Made by a program: the position numbers and the translations under genes
In this document: in pieces, positions 38,450 through 49,950 of the stretch
Numbering within the stretch: the first letter of the stretch is position 1
How the letters are laid out: each line of letters begins with the position of its first letter
Notes under the pieces: generated by a model
What the model saw: only the letters and a program-made list of their open reading frames with translations
What the model was told of the DNA's origin: nothing
Database searches by the model: none
NCBI RefSeq assembly: GCF_036321535.1
Contig: NC_087437.1
Span: 69,008,001-69,072,000 of the forward strand
Direction of reading: 5' to 3'
Origin: Camelus dromedarius
Taxonomy: Eukaryota
Length of the DNA stretch: 64,000 nt

Positions 38450-38971
38450 TGCTTGTCAACCATCCCTTTCTTTGAAGAACATCATCTCCCATTCTTCTCA
38501 CTCTGCTAGCCCCTAGAGGCCCAGGAGGAGGTATCTGACTCGTGACTAGCCAATGAGAACAACTCACCTGACTCTGACCACACAGCGAGTGGTTCAGGAG
38601 TGGTGATGGGACCCAGCCTGATGACTCAGAGTCCTCACTGGGTTACTTCTGAAAGCGATGGGGGTGAAAATGCTTCCGAGAGCTGCACATAACAGACTTT
38701 CCATCTGGAAAGAAAATGTGCCTGAGAATAAAGCTAGTGGAGAGAAAAATAAAGCTGAGGGATGGAAGGAAGGAGAGCGAGAGGGACAAAAGGAGAGACA
38801 GAGAGATGGATTATTAATCTATTATTAATCTTTTGAGGAGCTGGACCCAGCTGTAGTTGATTCTAGATCTCTATTTGGATCTAGATCTTTTATTGCCAAG
38901 ATTTTTTTTTTCTTAAGCTAGTCTGAGTTGGGATTCTCTCACTTGAAATTATGAGGATACTGTCAAATACA
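38450..38971 (+). mobile_element. MLT1K/L-like LTR
   Basis: tggttcaggagtgg...gacccag, gcctgagaataaagc, ttaagctagtctgagttggga. Confidence 0.7.
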
Positions 38972-40569
38972 CAAATTTGAAATTACAATGAACTTCAGAA
39001 ACTAGTTTGTCTTCTCCAAGGTTTGCAGAATATAGCTAAAATGTCATCACACCACAAGCCACACCAGAATCTGGCTTAGCTGTGGCCTGGCTGTCCTATC
39101 AGTGGAATCCGGACCTGCTAATCCTGTCCCACCTGGTTCTTAACGTGATGTCACCACTAGTATTCCGGATCAGGCGTGAGCCCTCTTTAACTTCATCAGC
39201 ACCATACTCTAAAAGACAACCAACAGGAGAGCACTTTTCATGGTGATCTGAAGTCAGAGCCAGGAGAGGTGTAGCAGGGGAGTGTTCAGCCGGAGTGAGC
39301 AGGACTATGTCTGTAGCTAGACATTAGAATTACTTTTGTTAGAAACACTGAGAGTTGAAGTTAATGTTATAGAGGAAAAAAATTCAACTAGCATGAGATT
39401 AAGGGTCACAGAATACATGCTGCACTGAAATTTTGCAGTGTCCTGTGGTTTAAGGCAGGAAATGTCCTATGCTTATCCTGAGGACTACAGTTTGAGGGGT
39501 GTAAGTCCTCGGCAGAGTTTTGTTTGGGGGCCTGAAGTTTAAACTTAACACCCCTGCTTCTCTACTCACGTCGTCAACCGTCAGCAGTGCTGGGTATAAT
39601 GACTTTTGTACAAATAGCATGAGATTAATGGGAATTCTAAATTGTGAATCTAAAACAAAGCTGAAGGAAAAACAAAACTGTCTACGTAGTTTAAAAAAAA
39701 AAAAAGATAACTTGCAGTGCTTATGGGTGAAAGCTTTTATCTAAAAAGCTACAGGACAAAAAGGGAAGGGACACTGCAGACCAGAGGTTAAAATCCTTTC
39801 CAGATCAGGTTCCCTTTGCACCTAGCCACTTGATACATATTAGTCCAGTGGTTTTTCTACTTAATAAGCGTGTTGTGGGGCTCATCTGGAGAACAGAGTC
39901 TTGTACCCACTGACTTTTTAACAGCTCCATGAGGGCATTGATCACAGATACTCTCTGGCTTTAACCTCGGAGCATGGGGTGGGCTTAGTTAAGTGCACTC
40001 ACTGTCAATATTTCTCCTCCATACATAATGTAGGGCACACGCTCCAAGTGCTAACTGGGTAATTGGGAGTTCAATACTTAGGAGGGTGAGAGAAGGGAGA
40101 TCTCACGTTATGCCTTCTAACCGTTGCTGTTTAACACTTAGAGCAAAAGCTTTAAGGAAATCACAACTTTGGCACATTTTACTTTTGCAGGAGTGGCTGG
40201 AGGTGATTTACTCCTATTATAGCGTATTCCCTACGGGAAAGGTAGTAGATGTCACTGGCCGGTGCATTAGGGAGTGTCCTACTTGGCGTGAGTGTTGAGG
40301 GGACAGTTGCTATGGAGTCAGGGGATGTCTGTAGGTCTGTGGCATTTTTCATCACAAACTGCTGTGGAGTCTGTACATTCTGATTGGGCATAAACAGATA
40401 ACATTGCCACTGTTTTTTCTTCTTTTAATTAGAATATATATACACATATATTCTCTGTATGCATAGCAGAAAGGCTTCGATAGACTACTTAGCAAGATAT
40501 TTTGACCCACTTAATTTTCAGTCTCAGTTTCTTTTTCCAGTGAAAAATGAGAAAAGTTTACATTTGATC

Positions 40570-40790
40570 TCTTGCTAAGTGTCAGACACTGTGATGACTA
40601 AATCCGTGTTCATCTTACTGAGCTTTGTTACAGCCTCATGAGGTAGGCATCAGTATCGTTCCTGTTACACAGATGAGGGCACTGAGACACAGAAAGGTCA
40701 GATTTTCTGACTGAACTCATAAAGCTAGAAAGCAGTGAAACATTTAAACGCAGAAAATTTGACTTTAGACACGTTTTGCTAATCTACAAG
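40570..40790 (-). mobile_element. MIR SINE
   Basis: gtgtcagacactgtg...atgaggtaggcatc...acagatgagggcactgagacacagaaagg. Confidence 0.75.
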
Positions 40791-41274
40791 ATACTACGAA
40801 TTTCTTTACAACAGTGGTTAGAAATGCATTAAGTGAAAAGTGTACATGAAAACATTCTGGAAACTGGAAGGCGATGCAAAGATATGACGAATGTATTATT
40901 TTTAGTCACATCTAGAAATCTCACTCCTCCTGCTCTCCCTCAACCTCCTACTGTTTCCCTAGTGTGCTTGAGCACCTGCCGCAGTGACTCATTCCAGGTG
41001 TTTCTGCCGGCCCATTAATTCGTCCCTGTTCCAGCCACTCAGACTGCTGCTCGTGGTTGAAGTGTTTTCTATGCTCAGTATACTACCAGTCCGTGATATA
41101 TTAAATATACTTATTTTCTAGGTAAATATATTCATATTCTAATAGACAGTACCTCCCAGTACCTCTAGAAAAATAGTCTATTAGATAATATGATAAGGCT
41201 AAGGGGAAAGATGCCTTTAAGTGAGTAGGGTTCTTCCTTATAAACTTCCCATGGAGAGGTCACCCCTGTGAGCC

Positions 41275-41432
41275 AGGACTTCTAAGGATCTGGCCAACAG
41301 TGCATTTGTATCCGAATCATCCAACGTGTATGATCAGAATTCAGACTCCCAGGCCCCACACAGAGATTCCGATTCGGTTGCTCTAACAAGTTCCTTGGTT
41401 GACTCATAAGTACTATGGTTTGATGTCCATTG
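41275..41432. mobile_element. MER5-type hAT-Charlie element
   Basis: gaatcatcc...cagactcccaggccccac...gattc...taacaagttcc...ggtttgatgtccattgct. Confidence 0.6.
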
Positions 41433-43489
41433 CTCTGGAGTTAATTATCGATCCCACTCTATACTATCTTACAGAGAGTTTTATACACTAGTAGGTATTT
41501 CTCATGAGGGATGTCAGGGCCAGTTTGCTCAAAAGAGTGCTGACTATGAAGGATGAGCATAACATCAACCTGGAGAAGTTTGTGTGCACCCCGCATGGAG
41601 GAGTAGATGAGCTGTGAAGCACAGAGAAATCATCGCTTCATTAAAGGGCTCTTTTCCTAGTTGAGCGTTAAATGACATTTTTTTGTCTTGGTTTATATAA
41701 CACCTTTCCTGGAATCAACCAGTAATACAAACAAACCCAGCTGCTCCATGGAGCTGCTTTTTTTTTTTTCTTTTTTTGGATGACTAGTTGCTTCACTTGT
41801 AGCCTGATTTCTAATACTCTTCATTTTCCCTGAAAGAACTTTAATAAATGTGCAGTGATGTTTATTTTAAAAAGCAGACATTTCCAGCATCCCTCCTATG
41901 GACCATAAGAGAGAGACGAGTCAAAAGAAGCTTTCTTCCAGGTCTGACCATATTCTGAACAGCCAGTGAGCAGGAGGAAAGGGGTCACTGGAGCAGTATC
42001 TCTCTGACATGGTACTGCGTGGTAACACAGGAGCTTGTCCTGTGACTGAAAGGACAGGAGAAAAATCAGCCGTCCTAGGAACATTGAGATCTAGTGAACC
42101 ATGTACTCTAAGCAGCCAGAAAAATCTCAACTCTCTCACTACAAAGGTTTTGGGAAACTTTCAAGTGAAAATGCCAGAAAGCTCGGACCCAGAGTTGAAA
42201 GACAGGAGTATGGTTTCTGTTTTTATTTTTAAAGGAGAGTGGTGTCTTCTGGAATCGCCACGAGTACGTTATTTTGAGTGGGGATAGTGTCTATTTACGG
42301 GTCTCTGAAGCCAAGACAAAATATATGAAGTTGACTGTGACACCCGAAAGCACTCGCGTTCCTGCGGGTCTGTCAGTCGTCATATTCAGTGCCCAGTCTC
42401 CTCCCGCTGTATAAATTGGCCCCAGGCTGCAGTATTTGACACAGAAAGCTTCAGTCTCAGAATATTTCTCTCAATCCAATTTTCCTTAAAATTGGTCTGG
42501 CTATTAAGTTAGAAGATAGAAAATATAACCTTAGTGAGGGAGATACATTGACAGGGACATGTGCCACTCAAAGCAACTGTATTTCCACAGGCAAGTCTGT
42601 TGTCCACAAAGCACTGAAATGCTCACGTCCACAGAAAAGCATGTGAAACATCAACTTTTGGTGGCTGTTAAGAGATGAGTTCATGGAATTTGCTGTAGAT
42701 TCATTTGTTTGAACAAATTGGGAGCTGCTCCCTGGGGGTCCCCAGTCATAGAATTTTAAAGTTTTCACTGAGTTACCAAAACAAAGGGAATGATCTTGTG
42801 GTTCAGCGGCTACACTGGTAAATCATTTATTTACAGGGGCTTACAACAAAAAACTCTTAAAAACCCATAAAATATAAATAGCATAAAATATTTCACACCT
42901 TTTGGAAATATGTGCATAGACTAGGAAATATGTGCATCCTCCACTAATGGATGCATTTGGGCAGCTTCAGGGTTTTAGCAGCTCCTCCTGCCTCTCAGTA
43001 GCCACACACACACAGGAGGAACAGTGCTCCGTCACGGATGCTGTCTGAGTTGGGGTATCCGTAGGAACACGTGGAAAATGGAGATCAGTTGTTAAAGTGG
43101 AGTTGTTCTTCAAATTTCTGAATGAATGACCTTAGAAACAGTTCTGGAACAAATGTTTTCCACGACCTGACCGAGATCCTTCTCCAGTACAGAGTCGTTA
43201 GCTCGTACTGTTATTAGGGTGTTTGATAGATGTTTACTTTTTCTTCATTTGGGCTATAAAGATGTTTTAAGATTTTATTATTTTAAAATATTCTTATGTT
43301 TTTTTCACTGGATAGTTAGTGGTTTGCTTCCACTTTTTTGTGCATATGGCTTTGAGAGAAGCTATATCCCCGTTACCGTCCACGGGAATCGGGTGTCTCT
43401 CTATTAACTATTCCTCAATTTAAGGGATATGGTGGTGATGGGCAAGATGGCGGGGCTCACATCTGAATGAAATATCAGAGAGGAACTCT

Positions 43490-44445
43490 GATTCCACAAG
43501 TATTCTTTGGAGCATCTAATACACGTGAAGCAGGGTTCTGGCTGTGTGAGTATAATTGTGACTCAAAGCAACAAAGCTCCTCCTTTCATGGCTTATATTC
43601 TAGTTGAAAAAGGAAAAAGAAACCCAAATAATTAAGCTACTATATAGTATACCGCAGGGTGATACAGAGGAGAAATAAAATGGGGCATGAAAAGCAGTGA
43701 TGTGGGAGCGAGCAGGCAGGGCTGTATTACTCTAATTCATCAAACCAAAGACATGAGTATTTGCAAATATGCACCTATATTTATCCACCAACAAGAAGGA
43801 CAGGAAAGCTTCCAATTGTAATGGTACAGTGCCATCAATTGTAAGATACATGTAATTTGCAGAGATGTTAAAGTTAAAAAAAAAAGAAAGAAAGGTCATC
43901 TTAAATCAGAGAAATAGTATTTTTGGTGGGTTGTCAGGAAAGACTTTCCTGAAAAAGTGATATTTAAGCAGAGACTCAAGGGAATTGAGGGTGAGAGATG
44001 TATGACTATTGGCGGAAGAAATTTAAACATAAGGGCAAGAAGATGCAAAGTTCCAGAGGTGGGGACATGCTTTGAATGCTCATATTTGAGGAACAGAAAG
44101 CAGGCCAATGTAGCTGGAGGGGAATAGGCAAGGAGCAGACTCTATAAGGCTTTCTAGGCCATTGTAAAGAATTTAGATTTTACTCTGAGTGAGAAGGAAA
44201 GCCAGGGGAGGTACTGAGCAGAGGACGGACATGATCTTGATATACAATGTCAAAGGATCATTCTAGCTGTTCTCCACTTGGTGGAGAATAGACAATAGGG
44301 AACCAGTGATGAAAGCAGAACAACATGGTAGGAAGCTGTTGGAATCATCCATGTAAGAGACAATGGTGACTTTGACTAATGGGTGGGGTCCTGGCAGTGC
44401 AGGTGATGAGAAGTGGTCAGATTCTTGGCATATTCCAAAGTTCTA
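43490..44445 (-). mobile_element. L2 (L2a-like), interrupted at about 43725-43918
   Basis: gtcaggaaagactttcctgaaaaagtgatatttaagcagagac, ggccattgtaaagaatttagattttactctgagtgag, gagaagtggtcagattct. Confidence 0.85.
43725..43918 (-). mobile_element. MER104/Kanga-like TcMar-Tc2 DNA transposon fragment
   Basis: Minus strand tatttctctgatttaagatg...tttaacatctctgcaaatt...tcttacaattgatggc resembles the MER104 terminus. Confidence 0.6.
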
Positions 44446-44984
44446 GTCCTTCAGAACAAAAAGCTGTATATAACCCAGTTTTTTTAAAAGAATTTACTGT
44501 TCTCTAGGGATGCCAATCATGTTTGTTATACAACTGAGCTGGTATCTAGGGGCATTTCTTAGATAGGAAACATAAAATTAACAGAAAGTCCTAGGAAGGA
44601 ATAGAATTTAGAAACAAGAAGATATCAATGTCTGGGACCTCTGGTGAAGACGCTCAGAAGGATTCCCCATCTGGGCAGAGATTCTAGCTTACAACTATGG
44701 ATTAAGAAGCAGAATCTCCCTCAAGAGTGAGAACAGCCTGTGTGCCTAATAGTGAATGTACCACTGAAAAATGTAACCAGTTGAAATTGAATAGGGAGAT
44801 GTCTTGAGATTTGGTGAATTAGTATCTTTATCCAGCCACACTGATGATCCCAGTCCACACTGTTTTATGAACTCTCTGCTTGGCAAATCAAAAATTTTAA
44901 TCTACTTTTATACTGGCTATAAAAGAGTATGCTGCTTAGTAAAATTCCAACTTTCAGTTATTAAAAAGTAAGAGGTAAAAGCAG

Positions 44985-45225
44985 ATGAGTAAAACAGATT
45001 TAACTTTGGGATCCACATACGTGGGCTTGAACATCAGGTTTTTTTGTTGATCTGGGCATGGGAAATGTACTTAACTTCTCTGAGCTCTCAGCACCAAATT
45101 CTCAATAATGAAGCCAATAATAATTCCTTATAGGACCATCGCTGAGGATTAAAGATCATGGTTTTGGCATCTAGCATGAGTGGCATGTATTAAGATTTCA
45201 ATAAACAGCGCTATCATCATTATTT
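44985..45225 (+). mobile_element. MIR SINE
   Basis: acttaacttctctgagc...gaggattaaag...tcaataaacagcgctat. Confidence 0.7.
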
Positions 45226-45612
45226 GTGCCATAAAGGCACATCAATATAAAGAAGAACATAATAACCTGGAGACCAACATGGTGGTGACAGTCTTCCTCC
45301 AGTTGGAGAACTCAGAGGAAATCTACTGGTCTCCTAGAGACAGGCAAATCTAACTCAAGGGAACAGACAAGAGTTCCAATTGTGGCTCTTTTCCTACGTG
45401 GGTTTTCTTCCCCTCACAACATTTTCAATGATTTACATGAACACATTGGCTCTCCTTAATCTAGGGTCTGTATTGAGTTCCGCGTCTCATTAGAATCTCA
45501 GTGTTGTCTGGTGAGAGTCCACTGAGTTAATTAGGGGGGCAAGAGGAAAACCAAGAGAAATAATAGAATACTTGCTATTGTGGTTCCCTTAGGGGACCTC
45601 TTTAGTGCTCAC

Positions 45613-46140
45613 CTGGGGATCATCCTTTGTTGTAATTGTGCACAGTTGGTGAACATCTTAGAGAAGTCCTGCTGAACTGGAGTGCGTTAAATTTGTTGAA
45701 CTCAACTCTGAATTCGGTTTGACGTCTCTTCTGTTTTGTCTTTGACACTTGCTTGCTCCTTCTGTTGCCTGTCTGAGTATCACCTAGTTCGTCTCCTGTC
45801 TCTCTCCCTTCTTCATTTCCCATCTGTCTCTCGCTTCTTCCCATATTGGTTTGTCTCTACACATTCCTGCGCCACCTTTCACCAGAGATCCTTAGAGCTC
45901 AGCACAGTTGTTACTTGGTAGGTTTTGCAGAGCATTCATCATTGTCTTCATCAAAGGACTAATTAACTCCCTGCTGCCCTTCAACCTGTAGCGAGGGGCC
46001 ATGCTGTTCCTGGTTAGTTTAAGGCAGCAGGGAGCTAATTGTTCCCTTAGTTGGTGTGGTGGTAAACTCTTTATGATGTTCACAGGTTCACACCCTGCTC
46101 TTAAAAGAACCCTTTTTTTTTTTTTTTTTTACTAACTTCT
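45613..46140 (-). other. Candidate first exon; 5' boundary is a guess
   Basis: Donor CAG|gtgagc at 45613, ATG at 45656 with A at -3, repeat-free purine-rich leader, CATAAAAG at about 46170. Confidence 0.25.
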
Positions 46141-47089
46141 TGGCTGATTATTACCCTGCCTGTAATCTACTTTTATGGCAGGAAAGGTGCTGTCAAGGCA
46201 GCTCCAGGCAAAGTGGGATAATACAGTGTTTTTTGACACCTTTCAGTGTGAGCTCTGGCTTCCTTAAGTAATGGAGACAGCCTGCATCATTATTTTTAAG
46301 GAGAAAGATGTCACTGTGGGGCTGAGTTTGTGTTCACTAATGTGCAGATTTGGGAGGCCATCATTTTCTATTTTTCTTGGATGCATTGTCAAGAGATGGA
46401 TAGAGCAGAGTGGGCCCTGCCTCGAGTTCAGTGCTACAGGGCCTGGAAAAATGTAGGCATTTCTACAAAGGTTACAATTTATAAACAATGTGTTCATAAC
46501 CACTGGTGCATTTGTTAAGCTGTAGTTAACATCTGCATGCATTGTGAATGAGTATCAGAAATATTCATGAGAAATGCTAAGTGCAGGCAACACGTAGTTC
46601 AAAATATATCTCTGCAATACCTTGAGAAAAAATCCGCATATTCTTGATATTATGGAAGCAAATATGTGCAGTAGAAATGATATCTTATTGCATAAAGCCA
46701 AGTTATTGATAGCACCTGGATTGTACCGGTACAACATACATCCTGTGATGCTGCCAGCAATGAGAGAGACATGCTTATCATTACTGAATATCCTTGGATG
46801 CACCATAGATATTAAGCCACTACTACTGTAGTAATTGAAAGATAAAAGAAAATGTTGTAGAATTGATTTACTGACACTACTTATGAGTATGGTGATACTT
46901 TTAGATGAACTCACAACACACACACACACACAGTCATAGTCCTCTTCCTTTTTTAACCTACTCTCCTCATTTTTCTCTTCCTTCTACACTTCCTTTATCT
47001 CCTTTTCTAACAACTTTCTTTTCCCTTGGACTTATTATTAAAAAAAATTAAAAGTTACTTCAAAAAGTGAGTTTGGGATGGACTTAATA

Positions 47090-48275
47090 ACTTCTAATCA
47101 GTCCCTTGCTTCAGTTCTCTTTCCATCTCTCTCAAATTCAGCTCCATCTCTGACCCTTCAGCCTCTGCCTTAGTCTAGGGGTCTATTCACTTCACATTGT
47201 TGACTTGAGTCTCTCCTACATACAATTCATGCTTTACAGTTTTCAATCTTTTCTTTGCCTCTACCCCAACCCACCAAAAGGGTTCTTGAACATCTGAGTC
47301 ACATTTTCGCTCCAAACCCAGAATTCAAGACACTCTGTCAAGGGTCCACACCATTCTTCCCCAGTGGCATCGCTCGGTACCCTTATTTCTGGCCCACTTC
47401 AATTCTGGCCAAGGCCTGTTGCCTCACACCCCCGCAGACTGCTGGCTCACTCCCTTCACGGTGTGCTGGAGCACTTGTACAGACGGTCCTGTCAGCACCC
47501 TGCCAACACATGGGCTTCATTTCCCTATGAGTGGCTCAAACCTCTCACCTACCTGGAAGTGTTTCTGGAGATTGTCATGTATCTTTACACACGTTCTTCT
47601 ACTTTATGTCCTTTTACTTTACGTATCAACATAGCTGGCAGCCAGCTTTCCTTGACTGCTTTGCTCCCTAGCAGTCTTTCTCAAGGAATTCTGCGTGTTT
47701 TTTTTCCTGTTAAATTACAAAGTAATGCTTTATAATTAGTATTTTAGTATAATATAAAATTAGTAAAATACTAACCTTGTTTACAAAATGTTTTTGTATT
47801 TTGCTGTGCCTGGCATAGAATTATATACATTAATAGGCATGTGAGGACCATTTCTTAACTAATTCTTCTCTCACTTTCCTAAGGCTATATTCCTTGTGTC
47901 ACTGTTTTTCATATAGGTGTAGGAAAGCCCCCTAGCTAGATTATAAACCCCCTGAAATTGTGGATTGTTAACTTTTTTGTAAATCTCTACACTCAATGGG
48001 TAACCTAAATTGTCTTCACAAAATGAAATAATGAAGTCAGTTATTTTATTTTATTATTTTTTTGTATTATTATTATTATTTTGCCTTCTTGCTAGTGCTT
48101 CTGCAATTTATCTTGCTGTACAGTCCAATTGCTTTGGATATTATCTTTAGAGAAAAGTTGTAAGCTCCTTTAGGGCAGAGACTTCGACTTCTATTCTTAT
48201 GTCTGTATAGTGTACAACACTAAAAAAGTTGAGCTGCATATGTAGTAGATACTAACTACTAATTTGACGAATGAC
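47090..48275 (+). mobile_element. Cluster of L2 fragments and 3' tails
   Basis: ctagattataaaccccctga, gttgtaagctcctttagggcagagac, tgtgcctggcatag. Confidence 0.55.
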
Positions 48276-48317
48276 CTTAAAAGAAACGAGATTCTTCTAT
48301 TCTATTTGGTAAACAGC

Positions 48318-48560
48318 CTAATATGGTCAGTGGTTAGGAACATGCTCTTTGGAGTCAAACTGCTTGAGTGCGAATCTGAACTCTACACTTATGAGCTGTG
48401 TCATCTGGCCAAGACACTGAATCTCTCTGTGCCTCAGTTCACACATTTGTAATATGGAAATTGCAATAATGTCCACCTCACAGGGATGTTGTAAAGATTA
48501 AATTGAATTAATGCTATAAAACACTTATTAGAAAAAAGCCTGGCCTACAAGAATTGCTAA
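48318..48560 (+). mobile_element. MIR SINE
   Basis: agtggttaggaacatgctctttggagtcaaac...aatctctctgtgcctcagtt...gttgtaaagattaaa. Confidence 0.85.
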
Positions 48561-49729
48561 AAGGTATTTGCCCATATATCTTGCCCCTAAGCACTATAGC
48601 CCAGTGGGATATTTTTCAACTTCCATCTTTGATGGCTAGGATAATCACACTCTGCTTTGGACCTTTATTAATAAAGAAATAATAATTCCTTAAATTTTAA
48701 AGAAATAATAATGCAGAGTCTCATGCTCCTTTTTCTGTCTAAGGGTATTAATGATTGATCCTGTTAATATATGCAGATCCAGGAATGCTAGTCTACAAAA
48801 TAACAAAATATGAATACTAAGATCGAATAAGATCTTCGGAGAGCATACAGGACCTACAAAGTGTAAGTGTAACTAGTGTTTAAATCGCCACTACAGTATT
48901 CTGAGCTCCTGCCACGAAGGATGTGTTTAAACGAGCATTGGCATTTTCGGGATGATGGCTTTGGAGTGAGGCACATTTTTAGAGTTATCTCTAGGAAACT
49001 GTAATTCAAACTTATCCTCTGGGTAGCTGGATCACTCATGATATATCTACCCTCTGCCCAGAATTGCTTCCTCCTCCCATAACCATCTCAAGCCTTCACT
49101 TCTCCAGCAGGCAAATTCTTATTCATATTTCAAAACTCAACTCAGGTGTCACTTTCTAATTTTTTGTTCCTCCACCTCTACATCCACCTCCATAAAGTTA
49201 ATCAGTTCTCAAAGTATTGTCCACAACTTAACTCATGTTCCTACCATTGTATTTATTACCTGTGTTCTAATTTATTTGTTTACATGCCTGTCTCCTTTTG
49301 ACTTAGTTACTTTATGGACTGCACTTTAGTAAGTCCTTTATCCCAACTTTCCAGTCTAGTTTCTAATACACTGGAACTGTCCAAAGTTTTCTGTTTTTGT
49401 GTTTACTGATTTTATTAAAATTTAAAGTCATGTATGAAAATGATTTAGAGTTGTTGAATGGGGAATCAAATAAAGAAAGAGTACCAAGCACATAAATCCA
49501 AAACTGATAAGAAAACTCTAACAATAAATTAGAAAAGAAAATGAAAACATAAAGAGCAAAGAACATTAAATGAAGCATATCTCCTGGAAGGCACATGTAG
49601 TACACTTTAGTAATTTCTATCATCTATGCAAAGCGTCTGAGTGACACAAGCAGAAAAGCCTTCAGCTGTGTTTGCTCGCAGAACACTAGACTTAAAGCAG
49701 AAATCAGAGCAAAATTAGAAGAGTGTCTG

Positions 49730-49950
49730 GGGCAGGAGATGGTATAGAATGGACTTTAGGATCAGATCTACTTGGTTTCTAATTGTGGTTCAGCAACTTG
49801 TCGTGTAGCTTTAGGAAATTTGTGTATCCTTTCTTAAACTCAGTTTCCTTACGTGGAAGATTAAACCTACTGCTATGAGGCTTAAATATCCCAAGCTTAA
49901 ATGTTTGGCATAAGTAACTGCTGAATAAATGTTAACTATTATCATCATTA
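49730..49950 (+). mobile_element. MIR SINE
   Basis: tggactttaggatcaga...ctcagtttcctt...aataaatgttaactatt. Confidence 0.7.

Noticed and set aside
42904..42937. Direct repeat ggaaatatgtgcat x2
   Set aside because: Only two copies, a simple local duplication; not an array or CRISPR
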